From assembly GCA_024277355.1 (NCBI GenBank), contig JAJRVL010000002.1, forward strand, positions 1 through 32,000: 32,000 nucleotides of DNA. Direction: 5' to 3'. The translations under genes and the position numbers were made by a program. Under the pieces are notes generated by a model. That model saw nothing but the letters and a program-made list of their open reading frames with translations, was not told the origin of the DNA and made no database searches. Within the stretch, counting starts at the first letter, position 1; the number at the start of each line of letters is the position of its first letter. The stretch is from an archaeon. Lineage in GTDB: Archaea > Iainarchaeota > Iainarchaeia > Iainarchaeales > 1-14-0-10-31-34. Positions 16,703-23,899 of the stretch are shown here, piece after piece.

Positions 16703-17569
16703 CTAACTAAACTGTTTTAGTTCCATTAATGAATTGGAATTTAAGTCTGTTTGAATGTAATTTAAGTCAATGTCTGCATAAAGCTTTAAGCTTGAATTAA
16801 AGTCAATTGCAGGCATAATTGATTTAAATGAAAGATTAATTTTATTTTGGTTGATTGTTTCATTTTCAATTAACATTGCATTATTTTTTCCTTTAAAAGT
16901 CCCAATATTAATTTTAATTTTGTCGTCTCCGTCAGCTGAAAAAATTATTTCTATTTTGTTTTTTAAAGTTGAATCCATTAATAATATTTCATGTTTTTCG
17001 TTTAATGCATTTCCATCAATATAATTAAAGTTTACAATTAAATCAGGGTTTAATGCATTTAATGGTCTTGAAACAGAAACCGAACTTCCTGAAACAGTTA
17101 AATTTAAATCCATTGAAGTCATGTTTGTGTCTCCTAAAGCATAAAAGAAAACTGAATTTTTGTTTGGAGTAAAATCATATTCGTAAACTAGTTTATTGCT
17201 GAATTTTAATGGAATATTTTGGTTTAATCTGTCAACATTAATTTTAATTGAAGAATTATTTATGGCAGAATAACTTGTTTCAGCAAACTCTTTCATTTTT
17301 ATGATTCTCTGCATTTTATTGAAATCTGAAGGAATTATTTCATTAAAAGTTATTTCAAGATTATTTCCTTTATTTACTTTAATGGAAGTTCCTAAAATTT
17401 TGTTTAAGTCAAAACTTAAATCATCTTTAATAAATTCCATTTTAGAATATTTTTTTATTTCTCCTGATGAATAATTTCTTGAATTAACATTTTCTAAATA
17501 AAACATTGAAAATAAAAGCATTGAAGAAAGTAAAAGAATTGCACTAAAGCTTATTACATACCCTTTCAT
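16703..17569 (-). CDS. pilin-like/pilus-associated protein with prepilin-type N-terminus (288 aa)
   Basis: MKG|YVISFSAILLLSSMLLFSMF followed by an Asn/Ser/Ile-rich beta-type domain. Its start overlaps the upstream stop (ATGA at 17566-17569). I recognise no family. Confidence 0.6.
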   Translation of the reverse strand: MKGYVISFSAILLLSSMLLFSMFYLENVNSRNYSSGEIKKYSKMEFIKDDLSFDLNKILGTSIKVNKGNNLEITFNEIIPSDFNKMQRIIKMKEFAETSYSAINNSSIKINVDRLNQNIPLKFSNKLVYEYDFTPNKNSVFFYALGDTNMTSMDLNLTVSGSSVSVSRPLNALNPDLIVNFNYIDGNALNEKHEILLMDSTLKNKIEIIFSADGDDKIKINIGTFKGKNNAMLIENETINQNKINLSFKSIMPAIDFNSSLKLYADIDLNYIQTDLNSNSLMELKQFS

Positions 17570-17982
17570 TTTTTCACCTTAAACCAGGCTTTTAATTCAG
17601 CCCAATAAAATTTTTCTCCATAAAAAAAACTTCTTTTAGTTGAAATTTCAGTTAAAGCATTTTTTTTGCATCCTTTTTTTGAAGTAGTATTTAATGCACT
17701 TGAATTATTATCATAATCATATATATTTAATTCAAAACACAAATTTTTTGTTGTTTTATTTAAGTATTTTGAGATTTCTTTGTTTTTGTTTTCTTTTACT
17801 GCTTCTTCAAATTTCCCGCTTTTTTCTAATACAGTTAAAACATCCTCTGAAATTAATGCTAATTTAGTTTCATTTAATGAACTGAATTTGCTTTCAGCAA
17901 AATTTCCGCTTATTGCTACAAGCAATGCAAAAGAAATAATTAATGCAATTACTGCATCAATTGAAATAATAAACCCTTTCAT
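17566..17982 (-). CDS. minor pilin-like protein with class III signal peptide (138 aa)
   Basis: MKG|FIISIDAVIALIISFALLVAISG. It shares an ATGA start/stop overlap with the gene on each side. Confidence 0.65.
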   Translation of the reverse strand: MKGFIISIDAVIALIISFALLVAISGNFAESKFSSLNETKLALISEDVLTVLEKSGKFEEAVKENKNKEISKYLNKTTKNLCFELNIYDYDNNSSALNTTSKKGCKKNALTEISTKRSFFYGEKFYWAELKAWFKVKK

Positions 17983-18482
17983 TTAAACACTCCGAAAATA
18001 AATTTTCTTTCTTTTTCATTTAACAAAACATATCTTTCAATTACAATTGTTTTGTTTTCAGCTGAAGGAAAAACTCCGAATTGTTTTAATGGTTGGTCGT
18101 TCATTGAAGTTACTTTAAAATAAAAATCGTATTTTTGTAAACCTAAAATTTCTTTTATTTCATTGTATTTAGCTGCATTTAAGTCAATTAATTTATTTAC
18201 TTTATTTTCATCTAAAATATTTCTTTCTTTTGCTAAGCCAATTGAATTAATGTTTAAGTCATTTAATGTTTCCCAGGAATTTGGCTGGCCTGAAGTCGAA
18301 ATTAAAATTTGAGATGCATTAACTGCTTTTTCCTGCATTTCAAAATAATATTCTTCTTCATTAAGTGAATTCTGAATTAAACCAAAAGATGAAAATGAAA
18401 TAACTAAAATAAAAATTAAAGCAGTAAAAGAAACAATAAAATCAGTGGTAAAAACCTGCCCTTTACAGTTCTTCAATTTCAA
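17979..18482 (-). CDS. minor pilin-like protein with class III signal peptide (167 aa)
   Basis: MKLKNCKG|QVFTTDFIVSFTALIFILVISFSSFGLI. Confidence 0.65.
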   Translation of the reverse strand: MKLKNCKGQVFTTDFIVSFTALIFILVISFSSFGLIQNSLNEEEYYFEMQEKAVNASQILISTSGQPNSWETLNDLNINSIGLAKERNILDENKVNKLIDLNAAKYNEIKEILGLQKYDFYFKVTSMNDQPLKQFGVFPSAENKTIVIERYVLLNEKERKFIFGVFK

Positions 18483-18506
18483 TCACTCCCTTTATGTTTT
18501 CTATTC

Positions 18507-18974
18507 TTATTTCATTTGCATTAACTTTTGAAATAAAAATAATTTTTTTGTTAAAAGTGAAGTTGAAATAAACTGGCCTTGTCTGAATTTTATTTTAACG
18601 GAATTTTCTTCAAATTCAATTTCAAAATCATAATTTTTTGTTATTATTGTTTTGCTTCCTTCTCCTGAAATATAAATGCCGTTAATGTTTCTTGCAATTT
18701 TTTCGCTTAAGGTTTTTGCTTTGATTTTTTCTGAATTAAAATCAATGTTTTTTTTTTGTTCAACTGAAACTGCAACAACTAAAGAAAACATTAAGAAGAG
18801 CAAAACAAGAGTTATTACAAATTCAGCTGAAATCTGCCCTCGCGGTTGCGTCCGCGAGTAACGCGTGCTATCTGCGATAGCACTGATTTTATTTCCGCTT
18901 TCGAGCGGGAGAACCGAGGCACGATTTCGCTGTTGCTCAATCCTGCTGTCATACTTTTTTGTTTTTTTTTTCAT
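18507..18974 (-). CDS. minor pilin-like protein with an atypically long, GC-rich leader (155 aa as drawn)
   Basis: The pilin-type motif PRG|QISAEFVITLVLLFLMFSLVVAVSV starts only at residue ~45. The only in-frame canonical start is the ATG at 18974. The leader codons are GC-rich and atypical for the window. Confidence 0.6.
   Translation of the reverse strand: MKKKTKKYDSRIEQQRNRASVLPLESGNKISAIADSTRYSRTQPRGQISAEFVITLVLLFLMFSLVVAVSVEQKKNIDFNSEKIKAKTLSEKIARNINGIYISGEGSKTIITKNYDFEIEFEENSVKIKFRQGQFISTSLLTKKLFLFQKLMQMK
18839..18908. other. three tandem GC-rich hairpins (candidate structured RNA / cis-regulatory element)
   Basis: CTCGCGG-ttgcgt-CCGCGAG (18839-18858), GTGCTATC-tgc-GATAGCAC (18865-18883), CCGCT-ttcg-AGCGG (18895-18908). 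All stems are perfect and sit in a local GC-rich island (about 18836-18950) within an AT-rich background. The existence of the hairpins is certain; their function is unknown. Confidence 0.5.
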
Positions 18975-18979
18975 TTATT

Positions 18980-21163
18980 TCACGGAGTCCTTTGAACAAT
19001 ATTAATATCATCAACATAAAAGTAATCTCTTCTGCCGCTCATTCCGGCATCAAATGCAATTCTAAAGTTGTTTGACAAAGGATATGCATTTAAGTCAAAT
19101 GAATAAAAATGATAAGTGTTGTCTGAGTCAGCTGAAGTAAAAATTTTTATTATAGTCCAGATAAACCCGTTAGAAGAAATGCTAACTCTTGTGGTGTCTC
19201 CTGATTCAAATGAATTAACTTTAGCCCAAAATTCCAGTCTTGGATTAGTATACGCACTTAAATCAACTGCTCTTTCAGCATATCCTGTGCTTCTTCTTAA
19301 TCTTAAATGATTTGGAGAACTATAAGGGGTTCCTCCGCTTCTGATTGAACTGTCTCCTGAATGAGTCCATGCATTTAGCCATCCTGTTCCTGAACTCCAG
19401 CTTGTATCAGGGAAAGTGTGGAATGCAATTATTATTGGGCCAGTTGAATTAATTATTATGGTTCTGTTTTCATCACTGCTTCCTGTATTTGGAACTGAGT
19501 AATCATCAGTGCAGTTTACATCCCAATAATAAGTTCCGTTTGAAGCAAAAGTTTTAGTAAAACTTTGAGTAATTCCTTCAGTTATTGAATTGTCTGTTTG
19601 GTCTATTATTCCATTAATAATCAATTCACAAAAATTAATTCCTGAATCAACATCATTTACCGTATAGTCAAACTGAACACTAAAACTGTTTGAAGTATAA
19701 CCTGTTGCAGGGCTTTCAAGCATTATTGTTGGCGGAGTGCTGTCTATTGTATAATAAGTTGAAGTAGTATAAGTGCTTCCGTCGCTAAATTCAAATGTAA
19801 TTCTAAAGTATTCTCCGTCATTATTAACTATTTCATCAAATCTTAATTCATTTCCTCCGCTAAAAGAAGTTGACGCATTAATTGTAAAATCTGTTACATT
19901 AATCCATTCTCCTGCATTTGCTGTTCCGTTCCAATAATCAGTTCCATCAAATCTTACTCTTTCTATAATAGCTGAATCCTGATCTGTTTCATTCCAGTCC
20001 CATACAATAATTCTTGAAATTGTAAGGCTTGTATTAATACTGGTGTTTTCTATTGTCCAGTTTCTTAATCTGTCTCCACCTCCATTAAATGACGCAGTAC
20101 TCCATGAGAAATTAAAGTTGTCTGACATATTGCTGACAGTAACATTTAATGAAATAAAATCTGAATTAATTCCATCTGAAGCAGTAACAGTTCCTGTGTC
20201 ACTGTTTGAACCCAAGGGAACATCAATAGTAACTGTAATTTGCTGGCAAGTATTTCCTGTTAAAGAATTAATTGTTGGAATTGCCTGAACCCAATCTCCT
20301 GCGTCTCCATTAGATGAAGTAAAAACAATATTAGTTAATGCAGTTGAAGTTGTATTGCATACTTGAAAGTTATTTGAATCTGAATAACCTGAATCAATTG
20401 AAGGACTCCATAAATCAGGAAAAATCATTAAAGGCTGGTTGCTTTCTCCGACAATTACTTCTAAAGTTAAAGGAACAATTATTTGTTTTGCTCCGTCAAT
20501 TGTATTTACATCAAAAATTAATTCGCCTGAATAATTTCCTACAGCAAATAAATTAGAAGTAAAATTTAAATCAATTCCAGTGTTTGAGTCAGCAGGAACA
20601 ACAAAAGAATTACTGCTTAATTGCAAAGTAACATTAGCTGAAGTCCAGACATAACTAACTGAAACACTTGCGTTTCCGCTTGTATTATTTATTACTTTAA
20701 TATTTTCTATTGCACTTGTATTCTGTGCTATAGTTGAATAAATACTTCCTTTGTCTGTTTCAATTTGAATATCTCCAATTAAAACATAACCTTCATAAGA
20801 AGTAATCCAAATCCAATGGCCCCCTGATTCAGTTGGAATGCTTCCTGTTACTTCAACTTGTGATTCAGAAATTACATCTGTTCCATTAATGTTTAGTCTT
20901 ATTGTTTTGTCTGAAATTGAACTTTTGTTTTCATCTATTCCTGATGGAATTGAAATAAAAATTTGTTTTTTTGTTCCAGGGCCAGAAACGAAAACTTCGT
21001 TAGCTGTACTTGCAAGTTTATTAACTGTATTTTGTGCTTCAGAATTTGCTTTAGCATAATTAATTGAAGTTATTTCATTGTTTGATACAGAAATAATTAA
21101 TCCAAGTACTACCATTGAAACTGCAAGAATAATTAATAATTCAACTGACGCCTGCCCTTTCAT
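18980..21163 (-). CDS. large pilin-like surface protein / candidate tip adhesin (727 aa) with class III signal peptide
   Basis: MKG|QASVELLIILAVSMVVLGLII, then a Ser/Thr/Asn/Gly-rich beta-type sequence. It includes an Ig-like segment (DSTPPTIMLESPATGYTSNSFSVQFDYTVNDVDSGINFCEL) and a C-terminal jelly-roll-like segment (LEFWAKVNSFESGDTTRVSISSNG...DYFYVDDINIV). I counted about two dozen N-x-S/T sequons by hand. Confidence 0.75.
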   Translation of the reverse strand: MKGQASVELLIILAVSMVVLGLIISVSNNEITSINYAKANSEAQNTVNKLASTANEVFVSGPGTKKQIFISIPSGIDENKSSISDKTIRLNINGTDVISESQVEVTGSIPTESGGHWIWITSYEGYVLIGDIQIETDKGSIYSTIAQNTSAIENIKVINNTSGNASVSVSYVWTSANVTLQLSSNSFVVPADSNTGIDLNFTSNLFAVGNYSGELIFDVNTIDGAKQIIVPLTLEVIVGESNQPLMIFPDLWSPSIDSGYSDSNNFQVCNTTSTALTNIVFTSSNGDAGDWVQAIPTINSLTGNTCQQITVTIDVPLGSNSDTGTVTASDGINSDFISLNVTVSNMSDNFNFSWSTASFNGGGDRLRNWTIENTSINTSLTISRIIVWDWNETDQDSAIIERVRFDGTDYWNGTANAGEWINVTDFTINASTSFSGGNELRFDEIVNNDGEYFRITFEFSDGSTYTTSTYYTIDSTPPTIMLESPATGYTSNSFSVQFDYTVNDVDSGINFCELIINGIIDQTDNSITEGITQSFTKTFASNGTYYWDVNCTDDYSVPNTGSSDENRTIIINSTGPIIIAFHTFPDTSWSSGTGWLNAWTHSGDSSIRSGGTPYSSPNHLRLRRSTGYAERAVDLSAYTNPRLEFWAKVNSFESGDTTRVSISSNGFIWTIIKIFTSADSDNTYHFYSFDLNAYPLSNNFRIAFDAGMSGRRDYFYVDDINIVQRTP

Positions 21164-21213
21164 TTTAAACCATAATTATAACAGAAAACTCTTTATTATA
21201 CTTTTTCAGTGAT

Positions 21214-21435
21214 TTAATAAAGAGTACTTAATACTTTTTTTGCTTTGGAATAAGTCCAGAAAGTTGCACCTAAAGCACACATTGAAACAAAATAAAAGAC
21301 AACAGCTGAGAATTCATATCCTGCAATTTGTGCTAAAATTCCTTCAAGAAAAGTTAAAATTGAAAAACTTATAAGTAATGCTCCGCTTAAAAGAAAAAAA
21401 GCAACTTTTATTCCTTGTTGTAATACACTATCCAT
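21214..21435 (-). CDS. small membrane protein, two predicted TM helices (73 aa)
   Basis: Hydrophobic stretches VAFFLLSGALLISFSILTFL and AVVFYFVSMCALGATFW. It lies 9 nt downstream of the KaiC-like gene on the same strand. Confidence 0.5.
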   Translation of the reverse strand: MDSVLQQGIKVAFFLLSGALLISFSILTFLEGILAQIAGYEFSAVVFYFVSMCALGATFWTYSKAKKVLSTLY

Positions 21436-21444
21436 AAAACCAAC

Positions 21445-22440
21445 TCAAAATATTTCTATGTCTGCATAAATTTTTATGCCTTCCTTTTCAAAATTTAATG
21501 CACAAACCTTGTTTGTGTGTTTGGTTCCGCGCATTTTAAGTATTTCAAGTGAATGAACTCTTACATCTTTTTCTTCTTTTTTTTCATAATATAATGAAAT
21601 TACTGCATCAACTAAAAATCCCACTGAACCTTTTGCTGTTTCAGCTTCTTTTGGAGACATTTCGCTTATAATTATTGAAGTACAGTTCCATTTCCTTAAT
21701 AACTCAAAAAATTTCAAAATGTTTTCTCTTTGCTGGTATTCGTCTCTGAATAATAAAGAATAAGATGTAATTGAATCAATTACTAATCTTTTGGCTCCCA
21801 TTTGATTTATTGCATCTCTTATTGGCCCGCCACCCTGATCTAATAATCTTCCAACCTGATGCGGTTTGTATTCAAGAACTCTGAATAAACCTTTTTTTTC
21901 TAAGTCTTCAAAATCCCAGCCATATTCTGCGTTATGCCTGTAATATGATTCTTTGCTTTCTTCAAAGCTGATTAATATTCCTGGTTCATTGTATTTTACG
22001 GCTCCGTAATATAAAAACTGTAATCCAAAAGTAGTTTTTCCTGTTCCTGCACTTCCTGCAACTAAAACAGTTGAATTTTTTTCTATGCCTCCTTCAATTA
22101 ATTCATCAAAACCAAAAATGCCTGAAGGAATTCTTTCTAATTGGTTTAATTTTTTTACTGGTTTTTTTGGTTCATTGAATTCGTTTGTTTTTTCTTCAGT
22201 TTTTATTTCTTTAATTGATTTGTCTTTTTCTGTTTTTGATTCAGTTGTTTCTAATTCTTTTTTTGTTTCTTCATTTAATGTTTTAATTGGTTTTTCTTCT
22301 TTTTTTGTTAGTTCTTTTTTTGAAGGGATTTTTGTTTCAAGTTCAGCAATGCTTGGTTTTTCTTTTATTTCTTTTTCTGACTTAATTTTATTTTTTTTTA
22401 AGTCAAGATTGCTTTCAATTACAACTTTTTTTTTTTGCAT
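21445..22440 (-). CDS. KaiC/FlaH-like RecA-superfamily ATPase with a ~105-aa Lys/Glu/Thr-rich N-terminal extension
   Basis: The C-terminal ~225 aa carry GIFGFDELIEGGI, Walker A GSAGTGKT, the KaiC-type ISFEES, Walker B RLVIDSITS and LKMRGTKH. The N-terminus is low-complexity (KKELTKKEEKPIKTLNEETKKELETTESKTEKDK). It is a paralogue of 9027-9770. Confidence 0.85.
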   Translation of the reverse strand: MQKKKVVIESNLDLKKNKIKSEKEIKEKPSIAELETKIPSKKELTKKEEKPIKTLNEETKKELETTESKTEKDKSIKEIKTEEKTNEFNEPKKPVKKLNQLERIPSGIFGFDELIEGGIEKNSTVLVAGSAGTGKTTFGLQFLYYGAVKYNEPGILISFEESKESYYRHNAEYGWDFEDLEKKGLFRVLEYKPHQVGRLLDQGGGPIRDAINQMGAKRLVIDSITSYSLLFRDEYQQRENILKFFELLRKWNCTSIIISEMSPKEAETAKGSVGFLVDAVISLYYEKKEEKDVRVHSLEILKMRGTKHTNKVCALNFEKEGIKIYADIEIF

Positions 22441-22612
22441 TATTCTTCACTTTTTCCTTTAATAAAAAGAGTATTATTCTTTAAATAACTGTTTGTTTTT
22501 GCGTCTAAACAAAAAAAGACAACTTTTTTTTCAGATAAAAAAACAGCATGACTGAACAAAGTGAAGTCGTGCATCGTGCTTAAACGGTGAAACGTTTAAA
22601 AAAAAGAAAAAG

Positions 22613-22635
22613 AAAAAAGGCAGGGTGCCTTTTTT
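22613..22635 (-). terminator. hairpin plus T-run directly after the stop of the 119-aa membrane protein gene
   Basis: AAAAAAGGCA-ggg-TGCCTTTTTT. On the minus-strand RNA the stem is followed by a long U-rich tract. Confidence 0.5.
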
Positions 22636-22994
22636 TAAGATCTCATTGCAAGTTTATAGATTGCGACTACTGCAACAATTACTGCTGCTGGAGCTACAAA
22701 TACTGCGATATTTCCGAAAATGTTTGATAAGACTGTTCCTAATGGGTCGACAACTGAGTCAATTTCTCTAAATGCACTTATTGCGCCTGTTGCAAGTAAT
22801 GCAATAGCTGCAATTAAGAATGGAGTTGTTTCTTTGTCTTTAATATTTAACAATCCAACTAAAATTCCTAAAATGATTAAAACCAAAGGAACCCAGCCGG
22901 CAAATGCGCCTAAATAATTTACTGCAAAACCAGCAATTACTGCGATTACTACTCCTAGAATAAATGCATATTCTCCTATTTGCTCTAATTCCAT
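22635..22994 (-). CDS. small Ala/Val/Gly-rich integral membrane protein (119 aa, ~4 TM)
   Basis: Continuous hydrophobic helices. A strong SD (GGAGGG plus a 6-nt spacer) precedes the ATG, and the gene has its own terminator hairpin. I recognise no family. Confidence 0.65.
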   Translation of the reverse strand: MELEQIGEYAFILGVVIAVIAGFAVNYLGAFAGWVPLVLIILGILVGLLNIKDKETTPFLIAAIALLATGAISAFREIDSVVDPLGTVLSNIFGNIAVFVAPAAVIVAVVAIYKLAMRS

Positions 22995-23120
22995 TTTTTC
23001 CCTCCTTTTTTGTTTAAATTAAAAACAATTTATTATATGGATTTCTCATTTCTCATTTAAATTCTTTTGCTTTTAGAATTTTCTTGTTTTTTCAGTAAAA
23101 AAAGAGTAAAATTAGAATAA

Positions 23121-23396
23121 TGCAGGCGTGTTTTGAAGTCGAATTAAAACCGAAAATTAAATTAGCCCTTGAATGCTCTAGCTTCCGTTGCTCCCAAAAG
23201 CATTAAACAATAAAATTTCCGCTGCACCCTTCCAGGCCTGACGGGTTGACTTTAAGGCTTAATCTTAGGGGACAGAAGTTCATTGAAACAACCAAGGATT
23301 TAATTTCCTGAATTAAATCCTTCCCCAAAACTTCGGCTCCTGCTAAAGCAGATTTCAGGTAACAGAGAACTGCTAACTCTCCAGCCTAGCCTGCAG
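23121..23396 (-). ncRNA. signal recognition particle RNA (archaeal 7S-type SRP RNA)
   Basis: The minus strand contains the helix-8 core GUCAGGCCUGGAAGGGUGCAGCGG (compare the conserved SRP motif AGGxCxGGAAGGxAGCA). The Alu-domain 5' part GGCUAGGCUGGAGAG...CUGUUACCUGAAAUCUGC...GGAGCCGAAG resembles archaeal SRP RNAs as I recall them. There is a perfect 12-bp hairpin AAGGAUUUAAUU/AAUUAAAUCCUU (helix-6-like) and terminal pairing UGCAGGC/GCCUGCA. The region is GC-rich relative to its flanks. The ends are approximate, within about 5 nt. Confidence 0.85.
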
Positions 23397-23451
23397 TAAA
23401 AATATTAATAAAAAAGGTTTAAAAAGATAAAAAACCAAGTTATTTGGTTTT

Positions 23452-23853
23452 ATGAGTGATGTAAAAGGAGCTGCAAAAAATGCAGCAAAAGCAGAAGGAA
23501 AATTAGCAACTGAAATAGCTAAATGGACTGCAAAAAAAGCAGCAGTTTTGGCAATTGCAGGAGCTGTTGGAATCACAGGATTAAGTTTAGCAAATTTTAC
23601 AATAACTCAACTTGATGCATTAATAAGACTTGGAGGTAAAGCAGGTTATCATTATAGTGCAGGGCAAGTTTTTGTTGATGCAAAAACAAAAACACAAAAT
23701 GCACAAAAACTAAAAAAACAATGGAGAGCTTTTGTTGAAAACCAGTCTAATAAGAAAGTACCTCTAAAACACCCTTATGGAAAAGCAGCATTAGGTATTG
23801 CAGGATTAGCTGCATTTAAAGCAAGAAAAAAATGGCGAAAGATGAGAAAGTAA
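23452..23853 (+). CDS. hypothetical Ala/Lys-rich protein with one central hydrophobic segment (133 aa)
   Basis: Long ORF with unusual composition (AAKNAAKAEGKLATEIAKWTAKKAAVLAIAGAVGITGL) and a basic C-terminus KARKKWRKMRK. I recognise no family and there is no clear SD. Confidence 0.5.
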   Translation: MSDVKGAAKNAAKAEGKLATEIAKWTAKKAAVLAIAGAVGITGLSLANFTITQLDALIRLGGKAGYHYSAGQVFVDAKTKTQNAQKLKKQWRAFVENQSNKKVPLKHPYGKAALGIAGLAAFKARKKWRKMRK

Positions 23854-23899
23854 GACTATTTTTAAAACCATTTTTAATTTTTTTTGTTTTAATTTATTT

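Noticed and set aside
22545-22600. Slightly GC-richer stretch in the 194-nt gap upstream of the pilus operon. It has small hairpins (GCATGAC..GTCGTGC, AAACG-gtgaaa-CGTTT) and an 11-codon ORF (MTEQSEVVHRA).
   Set aside because: The stems are short and imperfect, there is no recognisable RNA family, and the mini-ORF lacks an SD. It may belong to the operon promoter or leader, but the evidence is too thin to call a feature.
23373-23576. 67-aa ORF on the minus strand.
   Set aside because: Its 3' part overlaps the SRP RNA and the rest is antisense to the 133-aa plus-strand ORF, so I treat it as spurious.
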